Shown: in pieces, positions 44,179-54,176 of the stretch | How the letters are laid out: each line of letters starts with the position of its first letter | How positions within the stretch are numbered: the stretch's first letter is position 1 | Assembly: GCA_937625935.1 (NCBI GenBank) | Contig: OW569385.1 | Span: forward strand, 62,001-126,000 | From: Tetramitus jugosus | Lineage: Eukaryota; Protista; Heterolobosea | Length of the DNA: 64,000 nt | Direction of reading: 5' to 3' | Translations under genes and position numbers: made by a program | Notes under the pieces: model-generated | Seen by the model: the letters and a program-made list of their open reading frames with translations, nothing else | Databases searched by the model: none | What the model was told of the DNA's origin: nothing

Positions 44179-46605
44179 ATGAATGCACGCAATGTTTCAG
44201 TGATTGGCCACGTGGGACATGGCAAGTCCAGTCTCTCCAGGCTCATTGTCTCCCATTCAATCGGTCATCATCATCAAGATGACACACAACCATATCCAAC
44301 CACCACAGAGACACTCCGGTGCAAGAACTACTCCATTTCCTGTCCCTACCAAGATCAAACATACGATATCAATCTGATTGATACACCAGGTCATGGAGAT
44401 TTCTCATCAGAGGTCTCTGCAGCTCTCAGGGTCAGTGACGGAGCTATGCTTGTTGTGGATTACAGAGAAGGCTTTCATCTGAATGCTGAGACCATGTTGA
44501 AAGCTGCATATCATGAAAGAGTTGTTCATTGTTTGGTGATCAACAAGCTTGATCTGGCCTTACAAGATGACCCTGAGGAGTGTTATCAAAAGATTGTTAG
44601 AATCGTTGAATTTGTTCAAGTGTCTTCTGCGGCCTTTTCGTACGACAGTGCGAATTTCCAAACTAAGATTGATCCTGTCAAGGGTAATGTCGTTATGGGA
44701 TCGAGTGAGATGGAATGGATGTTTACTTTGACAACGTTTGCCAAGTTGTATGCAAAGAAATTCAATGTTTCGGAAGATGCACTTGTGGAAAGGCTGTGGG
44801 GAGATTGGTTCTATTGTCACAGCTCCAAAAAGTGGCAGAATCATCCAGTATCAAACACTACTAATCAGAAACTCAAACGAGGATTCTGTGAGTTCGTATT
44901 GGAGCCAATCCTCAATCTCTTTGAGATTGTACGTGCAAATGACTGGAGCAAACTGAAGAAAGCTTTGTCGAAATTACGTATTGACCTGGATGACAAAGAA
45001 GTTCAAGTACCAACAGGAGATCTCCTTAAAACAGTTGTCCAAAGGTTTCTACCTGTTTCAGAGGTTCTACCGGAACTAATCGTGAATAATTTACCATCTC
45101 CAACAATTGCTCAATCGTATCGATACTCATTGTTGTACACTGGTCCTCTCGATGATCGATATGCCACTGCGATACGGAATTGTGATGAGGACGGTCCGTT
45201 GGTAGCTTACATTTCCAAAAAGTTACCATGCAAGGCATTAAACGGGCAGTTCATTGCACTCTGCAGAATTTTAAGTGGTACTCTCAAACAAGATCACTCA
45301 GTCAGAGTAATGGGGCCTGATTATGACCCATCAAAGACAGGCAGGGGCAAGAATATTATCGCCCAAGTGAGAGGACTACGGATTATCATGGGAGAAGACA
45401 GCATAGCTGTTAGTGAAGCAACATGCGGACACTGTATAGGGATTGTGGGATTGAATACAGCGATGCTAAAAATGGGAACCATAGTTGATTTAGAGTGTGA
45501 AGATGCTTTCCCTATCAAAAACATGGTATTCTCTTCTTCTCCCCTTGTTCAGATGGATATCGATGTACAACAACCACAGGACCTTCCCAAGCTATTAGAG
45601 GGATTCAAGAAGCTCTCGGCGAGTGATCCACTTATTCAATGCTTATCACACGAAGATGGTCACTACAGCATTTCAGGTTCTGGAGAGTATCATCTCGAAG
45701 TATGTTTTAACGACCTAGAAAGTAGCTATTGCAAGAATGTCAAACTACTCAATTCCAAAATCATGACCACGTTCAAAGAAACTGTGATAGGTGTGTCAGG
45801 AGAGTGTATGTCGAAATCGCCAAACAATCATAATAGAATATACATACAAGCACTTCCTTTGGAAGAAGAGTTATGTAGTGATTTGGAGAACAAGATCCTA
45901 GATCCATTATTGAATTATGGTTCCCTGTCAAATATTATTGTCCAGAACTATGGATGGGATGAAAGCTCTGCCCGCCAGATTTGGTGTTTTGGACCAAACA
46001 AATGCGGTCCTAATGTGCTGTTGAATTGTATACCCACCCATTATGTAGCTGAAGCCAAACAGCACATTGCAACCACATTTCAATGGGTTTCTGATGCTGG
46101 TGCGCTCTGTGAGGAAGGTATGAGGGGTGTTCGATTTAACTTGTTGGATGCATGTCTGGTGTCAGATGCAATACATAGAGGAGGAGGACAAGTGATACCT
46201 GCATCAAGAAAAGCATTTTATGCCAGTCAGTTATCAGCTCAACCTCGATTAGCAGAGCCGATAAACCTAAGTGTTATTCAAACTGATGGAAGAAATGTAG
46301 ATGCGATATCCAGGGTGCTACAACAACGACGAGGCACACTATTGTCAGTGGAACAAGCTAGTTATCCATTTCATACAATTATGAGCTATATTCCAGTTAG
46401 TGAGAGTTTTGGCCTAGCGCATGAGTTAAGAGAAGCGAGTAATAGTCAAGTGCTACTGCATTGTTCATTTGATCACTGGCAAATTATTGACTCGGATCCT
46501 TATGACACCACTGGTAGAGCACATCAGATGATTACAGAAACAAGAGAGAGAAAAGGACTATCTCTTGCGATTCCAACAGCATCCAATTACTTGAGTACAC
46601 TATAG
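44179..46605 (+). CDS. Divergent eEF2-like translational GTPase
   Basis: RNVSVIGHVGHGKS, NLIDTPGH.DFSSEV.AALRVSDGA, NKLD, SKSPNNHNR, DAIHRGGGQVIP and FDHW. Confidence 0.88.
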   Translation: MNARNVSVIGHVGHGKSSLSRLIVSHSIGHHHQDDTQPYPTTTETLRCKNYSISCPYQDQTYDINLIDTPGHGDFSSEVSAALRVSDGAMLVVDYREGFHLNAETMLKAAYHERVVHCLVINKLDLALQDDPEECYQKIVRIVEFVQVSSAAFSYDSANFQTKIDPVKGNVVMGSSEMEWMFTLTTFAKLYAKKFNVSEDALVERLWGDWFYCHSSKKWQNHPVSNTTNQKLKRGFCEFVLEPILNLFEIVRANDWSKLKKALSKLRIDLDDKEVQVPTGDLLKTVVQRFLPVSEVLPELIVNNLPSPTIAQSYRYSLLYTGPLDDRYATAIRNCDEDGPLVAYISKKLPCKALNGQFIALCRILSGTLKQDHSVRVMGPDYDPSKTGRGKNIIAQVRGLRIIMGEDSIAVSEATCGHCIGIVGLNTAMLKMGTIVDLECEDAFPIKNMVFSSSPLVQMDIDVQQPQDLPKLLEGFKKLSASDPLIQCLSHEDGHYSISGSGEYHLEVCFNDLESSYCKNVKLLNSKIMTTFKETVIGVSGECMSKSPNNHNRIYIQALPLEEELCSDLENKILDPLLNYGSLSNIIVQNYGWDESSARQIWCFGPNKCGPNVLLNCIPTHYVAEAKQHIATTFQWVSDAGALCEEGMRGVRFNLLDACLVSDAIHRGGGQVIPASRKAFYASQLSAQPRLAEPINLSVIQTDGRNVDAISRVLQQRRGTLLSVEQASYPFHTIMSYIPVSESFGLAHELREASNSQVLLHCSFDHWQIIDSDPYDTTGRAHQMITETRERKGLSLAIPTASNYLSTL

Positions 46606-46606
46606 A

Positions 46607-48403
46607 TTATTTATTTTCATTCTCCAATTCGGAGGTTGTATTTACAATTGCAGCTCTCATATCTTCCAAGCAATACTGGGTGGCGTACTGTGACGCTTCT
46701 TGTAATAAACGCAAACTTTCTTCAGTTCGTCCATTTTGGGAGATCATCACTCTCGCACGCGAATACTTGTGCCATGCTAACAATTCTTCTTTCAACATGT
46801 TGTCAACATGTTCAGCTTCTTGCAGCATCTTTTGTGCAGCATCCAAATCTGCAAATGCCTCAGAGAATTTCTTCAAATGTGCCAAAGCGACTGCTCGATT
46901 TTCAAGACTCTCAATTTTCTCCTCCCAAGTCAATTCAGGCATCGAAAGACACTTGTTGGCCACATCCAGAGCTTCATTGAACTTGCCATGGTGAATATAC
47001 ACCTCTACCATGCGCGATAATAGAGCTGGAGACTCCTCATCTGTTTTGATAGTCTCGGCTTTGTCAAGTGCCTCACTATACTTCTTTTCTAGGAGAAGTT
47101 TGTCAATTTGAGCCATATTCTGTATCGTTCTTGCCATTTCTTCATACTGACTGGGCAGATCTAAATCGTGGATGATATGAGTCAGTTTTGTAATGTACGA
47201 AATGAGTTCATCATATCGAGCCAATCGATTCAAAGCATTTGCATGCCATTCAATCAATTGAAGAGTAAACATTGGATCAATATTCTCTGCTTGCTGACAA
47301 TCTTTAAGAGCATCTTCATAACGATGCAAATTGCTGTAGCACTCGGCTCTCATTGCAAAAGCCTCTGCGTTCCTACCGTTTTGCAACTCAATTATTCGAG
47401 TACACAAGTCTGCACCTTCACTGGCTCTACCTGTCTCAAGCATACACTTTGCAATCAAGATTCGAGCACTGGACACTGCACTCTCATCCGTATTCAACTC
47501 GATGGCTTTGTTGGCATAGTGTTCGGCTTCAGAGTACTCTGATCGCTTGAAACAAATCTCTGCCTTGAGCAAGTAGGTTGTCGATTGTTTGACAAGACGG
47601 TTCGACTCATCTAGATCCATCATTGAATCATGCAATTGCTCCTTTTCAAAGTAAATGCAAGCTCTTCTGAACAAGAGAGTCGATTGCACATCGAACAAAA
47701 TGTTTCTCTTCTGAGAATCCTTCTCATTGCTCACTCTGTGCTTGACACGACCAATCCATTCAGACAAAATGGTCAATGCTTCCTCAGACTTGTTCTGAGA
47801 CATTAAAATTTCACTTTTTGTTCGACTCAAATGAACAAACCAGAGAAACAAGTGATCCAACAACCCTACTTTTTCAATCTCCTTCTCCATACCAAGTGCT
47901 TCATTACAATAACGAAGCGCACCTTCCGCATCCGCAAATTGAAAGCACAAATTGGCCAATACACGTTTCTTTGAAAACTCCCAAAACAGTTTGCTTCGCT
48001 CATCCTGTAAAAATTCAATTTTTTGGTCCAGTCCGTTCCATTTTTCCCGCAGCGCCTCGTAAACTAAATTCGGATCGGCTGGTGGTGCTGCTGCTGATGA
48101 GCTCAATTGTTCTCTCATCCAGTCATCCACTTGTTTTTGGTAGCCCAGGGTAGCTGCGAATGCTTCTTGAGTGTCCATGCGTCCTCTGCCAAACAACCGA
48201 CCAAAAAATCCCATTTGGTGCGGTTGTTGTAATTGCATTGTAAAGTGGCGATGAACAACAACAGCAGGAGTTGACTCTTGGTTTACAAAAAAAGGAGAAG
48301 AAGGTTTCGCGAGAAGAATACCATTCTTGTTTTGTGAGAAGCGAGCAAAGTGGATCATACTGCGACTCGTCATGGCGAGTAACTTGCTATTGTTTGAGAT
48401 CAT
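46607..48403 (-). CDS. TPR-repeat protein, probably mitochondrial
   Basis: TPR-like helices and an R/S/F-rich N-terminus. Confidence 0.8.
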   Translation of the reverse strand: MISNNSKLLAMTSRSMIHFARFSQNKNGILLAKPSSPFFVNQESTPAVVVHRHFTMQLQQPHQMGFFGRLFGRGRMDTQEAFAATLGYQKQVDDWMREQLSSSAAAPPADPNLVYEALREKWNGLDQKIEFLQDERSKLFWEFSKKRVLANLCFQFADAEGALRYCNEALGMEKEIEKVGLLDHLFLWFVHLSRTKSEILMSQNKSEEALTILSEWIGRVKHRVSNEKDSQKRNILFDVQSTLLFRRACIYFEKEQLHDSMMDLDESNRLVKQSTTYLLKAEICFKRSEYSEAEHYANKAIELNTDESAVSSARILIAKCMLETGRASEGADLCTRIIELQNGRNAEAFAMRAECYSNLHRYEDALKDCQQAENIDPMFTLQLIEWHANALNRLARYDELISYITKLTHIIHDLDLPSQYEEMARTIQNMAQIDKLLLEKKYSEALDKAETIKTDEESPALLSRMVEVYIHHGKFNEALDVANKCLSMPELTWEEKIESLENRAVALAHLKKFSEAFADLDAAQKMLQEAEHVDNMLKEELLAWHKYSRARVMISQNGRTEESLRLLQEASQYATQYCLEDMRAAIVNTTSELENENK

Positions 48404-48514
48404 GATGCGTTATTCTCTTTGTTTTTGTTGAGGTTTGGTGAGATCTCAAAGTTTTTTTAAGAACACGCCATCAATAATAAAAACAAAAAGGATATGATTC
48501 TGTTGTAAAACAAT

Positions 48515-48610
48515 CTCCCATACCGGGACTCGAACCCGGGTCTTCCGGGGACTTTTGCATTTCGCTTGGAAGTGAAAGCCGGATATCCTAACCAGCTAGA
48601 CTATATGGGA
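48515..48610 (-). tRNA. tRNA-Glu(TTC) with a 23-nt intron at 37/38 (48550-48572)
   Basis: TCCCATA/TATGGGA acceptor; TCCGG-CT-TTC-A[intron]C-CCGGA; removing the intron leaves 73 nt. Confidence 0.92.
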
Positions 48611-48659
48611 TTTATATCTATTCTCCACTTTCGATTTTGAGCTCGATATATTTTCCGCA

Positions 48660-48671
48660 TTCCCGCCAAAA
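48660..48671. promoter_or_regulatory. E2F-type site TTCCCGCCAAAA upstream of the haspin-like kinase
   Basis: Matches TTTTGGCGGGAA, about 90 bp before the ATG. Confidence 0.5.
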
Positions 48672-48762
48672 ATAAAGTCGTTACTATTCCAATTTTTGAG
48701 AGAAGTTTTTACCTGAATTGAATCCTTCCAGAGATCAAGGACAGAGGCCAAAGACAACAACA

Positions 48763-50415
48763 ATGATGATGAGAAGTAGGGAAGCCGGTGCAGTGATTCG
48801 ACGAAGGAGAAGAATTGCACTCAAACAAGATTCGACAACGACGTCCAACGACCAAACAGCATTGGAACAAAAGGCTACAACCGATTATGCTAGCACGGTC
48901 ATTCTACCACCTGGAGAGCTGGTGACAGAACGAAAGAAGAGTGACTCTTCTGTTGCTGTTTTGGATAAGGAGAATATCGGGCCACCAATGATGCAAACAC
49001 CAAAGCGCATCATCACCTATGAACCACCTTCCAAGAAGGTCAAGATGTTAAATTCATCGTTGAATGATTCTTTGGTTGCTCCATCGACTCCAGCTAGGGC
49101 ACCATCTGCCAATTATTCGACTCCTCTTCGAATTATTAGTCGTGCGCAGGTGACAAGAAGAAGAAACCGTGGAAATGCTGTTCCTGCTGCGGCACCTGCG
49201 ATGCCCATGTCTAGTAGTAGTGCAACACCACTCCGAAGTGGTTTTTCAATGGCTGGTGCCAATTTATTGGCCACACCCAAGCAAGGTGCTCGATCTGCTT
49301 TGAAGCAATTTGGTTTGAGAGTTGTGGACGATGAGATACCAAAGCACGGCAAACATGCTTCTGTGTATGCTGCCAAAGTGATCATGTCTCCTTCGCCCCA
49401 CACACCAGGAAATCAGATTACAGAAGCCATATTCGCCACACCTAAAAAACGACTCAAGTTCCAGAGTCCAAATGTCATGATCAAAGTTCAGGCCAACACA
49501 AAATACAAGGATAAGAACAATATCTGTATCAGAGAGATGAATATTAACAGTGCATTGAATGCAGCACTGGGTAATCAATGTCCAAATTTTATTCGGATGT
49601 ATGCTGTAAGGAATACGAACAGTGGAATCGTTGAGGAAACTGAGGAAGAGGATGATGAACCTGTTCGGGCTCGAAATAACAAGAGAAAGAGAGACGAGTC
49701 AGACGAACACGTACCACACTTTATTTACGTGATGGAGAAGGCAGATGAAACACTAAGAGATTTTGTTTCTCGAATGACAAAGAACGAATCTGGTGTCACA
49801 CCAAACTTTATTCGATCGTGCCTGTTTCAACTGTTTTATGTGCTGCACATGGCTCAGACAACTTGCGAGTTCCAGCATAATGATCTTCATTTTAAGAATG
49901 TACTACTAAAGAAGTTGAAAAACACTTCTAACACCTGTGCCTTTCATCTGAATGGCAAAACATTTGTCTCTACTGAGGAATACCTTGTGAAGCTGGCTGA
50001 TTTTGGTCTTTCACGAGTGAAGTTACCCAACGGTAGCATTGTTTACAACGAACGTATTGGAGACATGTTCTCTGACACGGTAGATATACAATCAGTGCAT
50101 ACACAACTTAAATCTGTCAAGGTGAAGTGGGACGCGATTGAGAACAAGGACGAAAGAGCAGCACAGCAATCCCTGTTCTCTAAATTGAAACGAGAGATGT
50201 CAAAGGGATTGAGTGGTCCTGGACAGTTGTTGAAACACGAGTTTTTCAATCCAATGATTGTCAGCGATTGTGATAGTCTGAGTGGTGGTGTGTTACATTT
50301 CGGTGACAAGCATTCATCAAACGAAAAGGAAAACTTTAGGGAGTCAATCTCGAGTCAAATTGGCTCCGCAATGGTTCTATCTCCAAATCGTAAGAGATTT
50401 AGATTTAGGCAATAA
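48763..50415 (+). CDS. Haspin-like Ser/Thr kinase
   Basis: VMIK, FQHNDLHFKNVLL and LADFGLSRV (haspin: FEHRDLH..DYTLSR). Disordered N-terminus rich in S/T-P sites. Confidence 0.72.
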   Translation: MMMRSREAGAVIRRRRRIALKQDSTTTSNDQTALEQKATTDYASTVILPPGELVTERKKSDSSVAVLDKENIGPPMMQTPKRIITYEPPSKKVKMLNSSLNDSLVAPSTPARAPSANYSTPLRIISRAQVTRRRNRGNAVPAAAPAMPMSSSSATPLRSGFSMAGANLLATPKQGARSALKQFGLRVVDDEIPKHGKHASVYAAKVIMSPSPHTPGNQITEAIFATPKKRLKFQSPNVMIKVQANTKYKDKNNICIREMNINSALNAALGNQCPNFIRMYAVRNTNSGIVEETEEEDDEPVRARNNKRKRDESDEHVPHFIYVMEKADETLRDFVSRMTKNESGVTPNFIRSCLFQLFYVLHMAQTTCEFQHNDLHFKNVLLKKLKNTSNTCAFHLNGKTFVSTEEYLVKLADFGLSRVKLPNGSIVYNERIGDMFSDTVDIQSVHTQLKSVKVKWDAIENKDERAAQQSLFSKLKREMSKGLSGPGQLLKHEFFNPMIVSDCDSLSGGVLHFGDKHSSNEKENFRESISSQIGSAMVLSPNRKRFRFRQ

Positions 50416-50465
50416 ACCACAGTGACTATTAAATAATATTATTTATTCCTCAGACCGACCGGCAA

Positions 50466-51902
50466 TTAGAATGAAACAAATATTCCCGGGTTAGTACTGT
50501 GTGTACAACCCACGTACTTGTCAAAGCTTTGGGGATCAGGTAGTTTAGTCAGTTCAGCACCGCCATGAGAAAATTTGTATCGTTCAGACACGTAAGTGCC
50601 ATTGCAATTTTGTGTTTTGGTTGTCATGTCCCAAGGATAAATAGGACTGGATTTGATGGCAACATGACCAGTGATTTCGGCCACCTTAAAGCAACAATTT
50701 CCAGATTGATAGGGGGGGTTACTGCCATATTCAAGGTTCAAGTAACCTCCGAATGCCTCATAATACTCCTTCATCTCATCATACAATGTCCCTGTGAATT
50801 CTGTCCAGGTGATCAATCTAAAACCGCTGTATGACTTTTCTGAGTTTCCAAATCCAAAGATACAAACGGTTTTCCTTGACTTATAATTGGTTGGATATTG
50901 GTCTTCGAGCTCAACAATTAGTTCTCTGGTGAGATCTTTGCAAGCTCTCGAATACTTCAATGCATCTCGAAAATATTGCATCAATTCTTCGTCTTGAATC
51001 TTGTACAAGAAAGGAAACACTGCGTTTTGGAGATAATCGTGGCCACATGTTGGCAATCGAACAGCTTGAATCAATGCTCGGATTTCTTCAGTGGTTAAAT
51101 TGTCTTGACCTTGCTGCTCAATCCACTGTTTCACATACGCAAACACTTCTTCCTCTGAAATCAACATTTCAGGACACTGCAAAAAGGCATACCAATGACT
51201 CAGTGTGATATCCTTTCTAACTTTGACCTTTGCAGGATCGAAAGTTCGATTGTTTATACCCTCAATCGTCTGCTCATCCAACAATTTTCGAGTGCTGTAA
51301 CGAACCAATTTCTCGCACGATTCAATCAACAGAGGTACTTGACAAGACCTTGCAATCGTCAACACTTCCAATACGATACCCCAGTTCACCATACTCTCAT
51401 CTCCACCCTTCAAAATAAAATGATCCGTAATGTACTTTATGCAGCAATCCAACAAACCGTACACGGAATACTTTTGAGCCAGATTGAGCAGAGTAACCAC
51501 ATTTTCCTCTGACAAATGACATTGCGCACAAGTACAAAAACGAATAAACTCGAGGAAAGTCTCCGAAGGCACAAAACACTCTTCTTCCAACTCTTCTTCT
51601 GCTTGTTGTTCTTCTCCTGTCTCTCTTCTCACTGCAGGAATGAAAATTTTCCTAGTTTTACATTCTTCAAAGTTCTCATTGGTCAACATGGACTTGAAAA
51701 CTGGACTCGAACAAGACAATAGTGCACTATTGCAATAGAATTGTTCTTGGTTGCCCAAATGATCTCTCTTGATAATCGTTGTGTCATTCAAAGGGGATTG
51801 GACATTAACAAGAGTAGCCAATTGATCTTGAAGATACTTGGGATTGGATGAGACCTGGGTAGTTACAGACGACGACGGCTCTTGTTGTTCTGAAGCAGAC
51901 AT
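50466..51902 (-). CDS. BTB/POZ-BACK domain protein
   Basis: F.C.SALL...SPVFKSML, L.LAQKY...L...C, SEEEVF..V..WI and VRLP. Confidence 0.88.
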   Translation of the reverse strand: MSASEQQEPSSSVTTQVSSNPKYLQDQLATLVNVQSPLNDTTIIKRDHLGNQEQFYCNSALLSCSSPVFKSMLTNENFEECKTRKIFIPAVRRETGEEQQAEEELEEECFVPSETFLEFIRFCTCAQCHLSEENVVTLLNLAQKYSVYGLLDCCIKYITDHFILKGGDESMVNWGIVLEVLTIARSCQVPLLIESCEKLVRYSTRKLLDEQTIEGINNRTFDPAKVKVRKDITLSHWYAFLQCPEMLISEEEVFAYVKQWIEQQGQDNLTTEEIRALIQAVRLPTCGHDYLQNAVFPFLYKIQDEELMQYFRDALKYSRACKDLTRELIVELEDQYPTNYKSRKTVCIFGFGNSEKSYSGFRLITWTEFTGTLYDEMKEYYEAFGGYLNLEYGSNPPYQSGNCCFKVAEITGHVAIKSSPIYPWDMTTKTQNCNGTYVSERYKFSHGGAELTKLPDPQSFDKYVGCTHSTNPGIFVSF

Positions 51903-52055
51903 TTCGTTGTTGGCTTGTTTTTTGTCAATGTTTTTTGTGAGTTCACATGGTGAGTTCCAAAATTATTTTTACCTGTTGGTTCGAAAAGTTGTGTGCCTGA
52001 CGAATGTTGCAAAGGTTCAAGTGGACATTGACTCTCCTCTCAGCCACAACAACCA

Positions 52056-52586
52056 ATGACAGAGGACGAAGAACAAGTATCTGCCAAGTTTGTATCCAAT
52101 CCCAAGTACTTGCTAGAACAGCTGGGTTCGCTGGTCAATGTTCAATCTCTCTTGAATGACACGATGATTGTCAGGCGAGATTTTTCGGGCAGCCAAGAAC
52201 AATTCTATTGCAATAGTGCACTGTTGTCCTGCTTGAGTCCTTTTTTCAAGTCCATGTTGACCAATGACGATTTTGAAGAGTGCCGAACAAAGGTGATTTT
52301 CATTCCTGCTCTTCGGAAGGAGACAGGAGAAGAACAAACAGAACAAGAGTTGGACGAAGAGTGCTTTGTGCCTTCGGAGACTTTCCTCGAGTTTATTCGT
52401 TTTTGTACCTGTGCAAAATGTCATCTTTCCGAGGAGAATGTCGATTCACTACTTTTACTCTCCCAGCAATATTCCGTGTACGGTTTGCTAGAGTGCTGTA
52501 TCAAGTATATTACCGATCGGTTTATTATGAATGGTTTGCCACAAGATCGTGTTAATCGAATCCTGCAAGAGGTGTATTTGTTGTAG
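52056..52586 (+). CDS. Truncated inverted duplicate of the BTB gene (BTB only; possible pseudogene)
   Basis: Near-identical peptide blocks to the N-terminus of 50466-51902 (EECFVPSETFLEFIRFCTCA); stops after 176 aa. Confidence 0.75.
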   Translation: MTEDEEQVSAKFVSNPKYLLEQLGSLVNVQSLLNDTMIVRRDFSGSQEQFYCNSALLSCLSPFFKSMLTNDDFEECRTKVIFIPALRKETGEEQTEQELDEECFVPSETFLEFIRFCTCAKCHLSEENVDSLLLLSQQYSVYGLLECCIKYITDRFIMNGLPQDRVNRILQEVYLL

Positions 52587-52758
52587 GCCTTCGTCTTCCA
52601 AAATCATTCCTTGAACAATCTCCCCAGACGAGGCTTAAGCAGCGTTCTCTCCTCTTGATTTATCTTTTTCTTTTGTAAAATGTTCGAAAGTTTGGCTGAA
52701 ACTTGTAACTTTTTTTTGGGAACACAAAGAAAAAACAAATTTTGCTGCGTAGAGAAGA

Positions 52759-54153
52759 ATGCAACTTCATCATCAAGAGGATATCTGGCTTCACGTGATC
52801 GATTTTTTGGGGAATGGTCAATTTCCATTGATGAGTCATCTCCGACTCGTAAATCATCAATGGTTTCTGCTTGTCAATCAATCTGTTCGCCGCTTGACAC
52901 TCACGCAACAATTTTGCCTTCAAACAAGCAAATTGTTGCCAGTCAACTATAACCAGAAGGAGAGAATTGCTCAATTGTTTCACTTTTTGAAACAGTTTAC
53001 TCATGTTCAAGTGATTCAAATCTATGGATTCGATCACGATGTTCGAATGGTTCATTTAAGTCAGTTAGGACGATCGTATTGTCCCTTGTTGGAACGGTTT
53101 GAGATGGATGGTCACGTAATTAATGCCTGTAGTAATCATTTGCATTTGAAACAGTTTCTGAAAGCTTGTCCGCACTATAAGACGCTTGTTCTCTATGCGC
53201 CTCAACCTTGGAGCTCTTCTCCAGCTGCAATGGTCACCAAGAGAAACCTCCCACTTTCGTTGAATCCTCAGAGATGTGCAAAGTACATTGCCAAGTATGG
53301 GAGAAATCTAGAAGAACTCTATTTGAGTTCTAGCATGGAGCCTTTTGATTTTACTGACATTTGTGACCACTGTACAAAGCTGAACAAGGTGTATATTCGA
53401 GCTTCGGGTTCATATCAGCCTTTTGACCTATCTGGACTGAAATTCATCAAGTCATTGTCACTGTCCGGAGAGAACTTTTTTCGAGAAGGTCTTGAGCGAT
53501 TTATTGAAAACAATGTGCGAAATTTAGAATCGTTGGCTCTGTTTGTTCCAGGTGATCTCATGGATTCGATACTAGATGGATTCGCGCATACTGACCATTC
53601 GATATCAGAACTCAGTCTGACTGCAAGCTCCTCAATGGCCGAAGTTTGTAAGCTCGTACCTTTCATTACTTCCAACATTGCAAACTTCCAAGTGTTAAAG
53701 GTGTCACATTTCCACACGTGTCCTATTGATACTCTTGTGGCAGAAACACTTTCCAAATGTCCAAGATTCACCACACTCGAGATTAAGGATGTCAGTACGG
53801 TTCCTCAAGGAACATTCAAGTTGTTGGCAGAAACATGTACGAGCTTGGAGAATTTAACACTCACCAACATCGATCTCCTCGATCAGGATGACGTTATCGC
53901 TTTCGGATCGCAGGCATGTGTTTGTAGTCTCAAGTGTTTACATCTCTCTGTAGAAGATGCCTACATCAATCACCAGTTTCTGTCAAAGCACACTGATCTG
54001 AGGCGGGTAACGCTTGGATATCTCGATCAACTATTGTGGATTGTGATTCAAAGATCTCTAAAGAAGTTGGAATATTTGGAAGTCGCTTTCGTCGAAGATG
54101 GCCTCGCTGCAACGATTGCACAAACTACGAACATCAAATTGAAAGTAGGTTGA
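52759..54153 (+). CDS. F-box/LRR protein
   Basis: EDIWLHVIDFL...LRLVNHQW F-box-like start and CPxLxxLxL repeats. Confidence 0.8.
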   Translation: MQLHHQEDIWLHVIDFLGNGQFPLMSHLRLVNHQWFLLVNQSVRRLTLTQQFCLQTSKLLPVNYNQKERIAQLFHFLKQFTHVQVIQIYGFDHDVRMVHLSQLGRSYCPLLERFEMDGHVINACSNHLHLKQFLKACPHYKTLVLYAPQPWSSSPAAMVTKRNLPLSLNPQRCAKYIAKYGRNLEELYLSSSMEPFDFTDICDHCTKLNKVYIRASGSYQPFDLSGLKFIKSLSLSGENFFREGLERFIENNVRNLESLALFVPGDLMDSILDGFAHTDHSISELSLTASSSMAEVCKLVPFITSNIANFQVLKVSHFHTCPIDTLVAETLSKCPRFTTLEIKDVSTVPQGTFKLLAETCTSLENLTLTNIDLLDQDDVIAFGSQACVCSLKCLHLSVEDAYINHQFLSKHTDLRRVTLGYLDQLLWIVIQRSLKKLEYLEVAFVEDGLAATIAQTTNIKLKVG

Positions 54154-54176
54154 ATGCTAATAAATGAATATCTATA

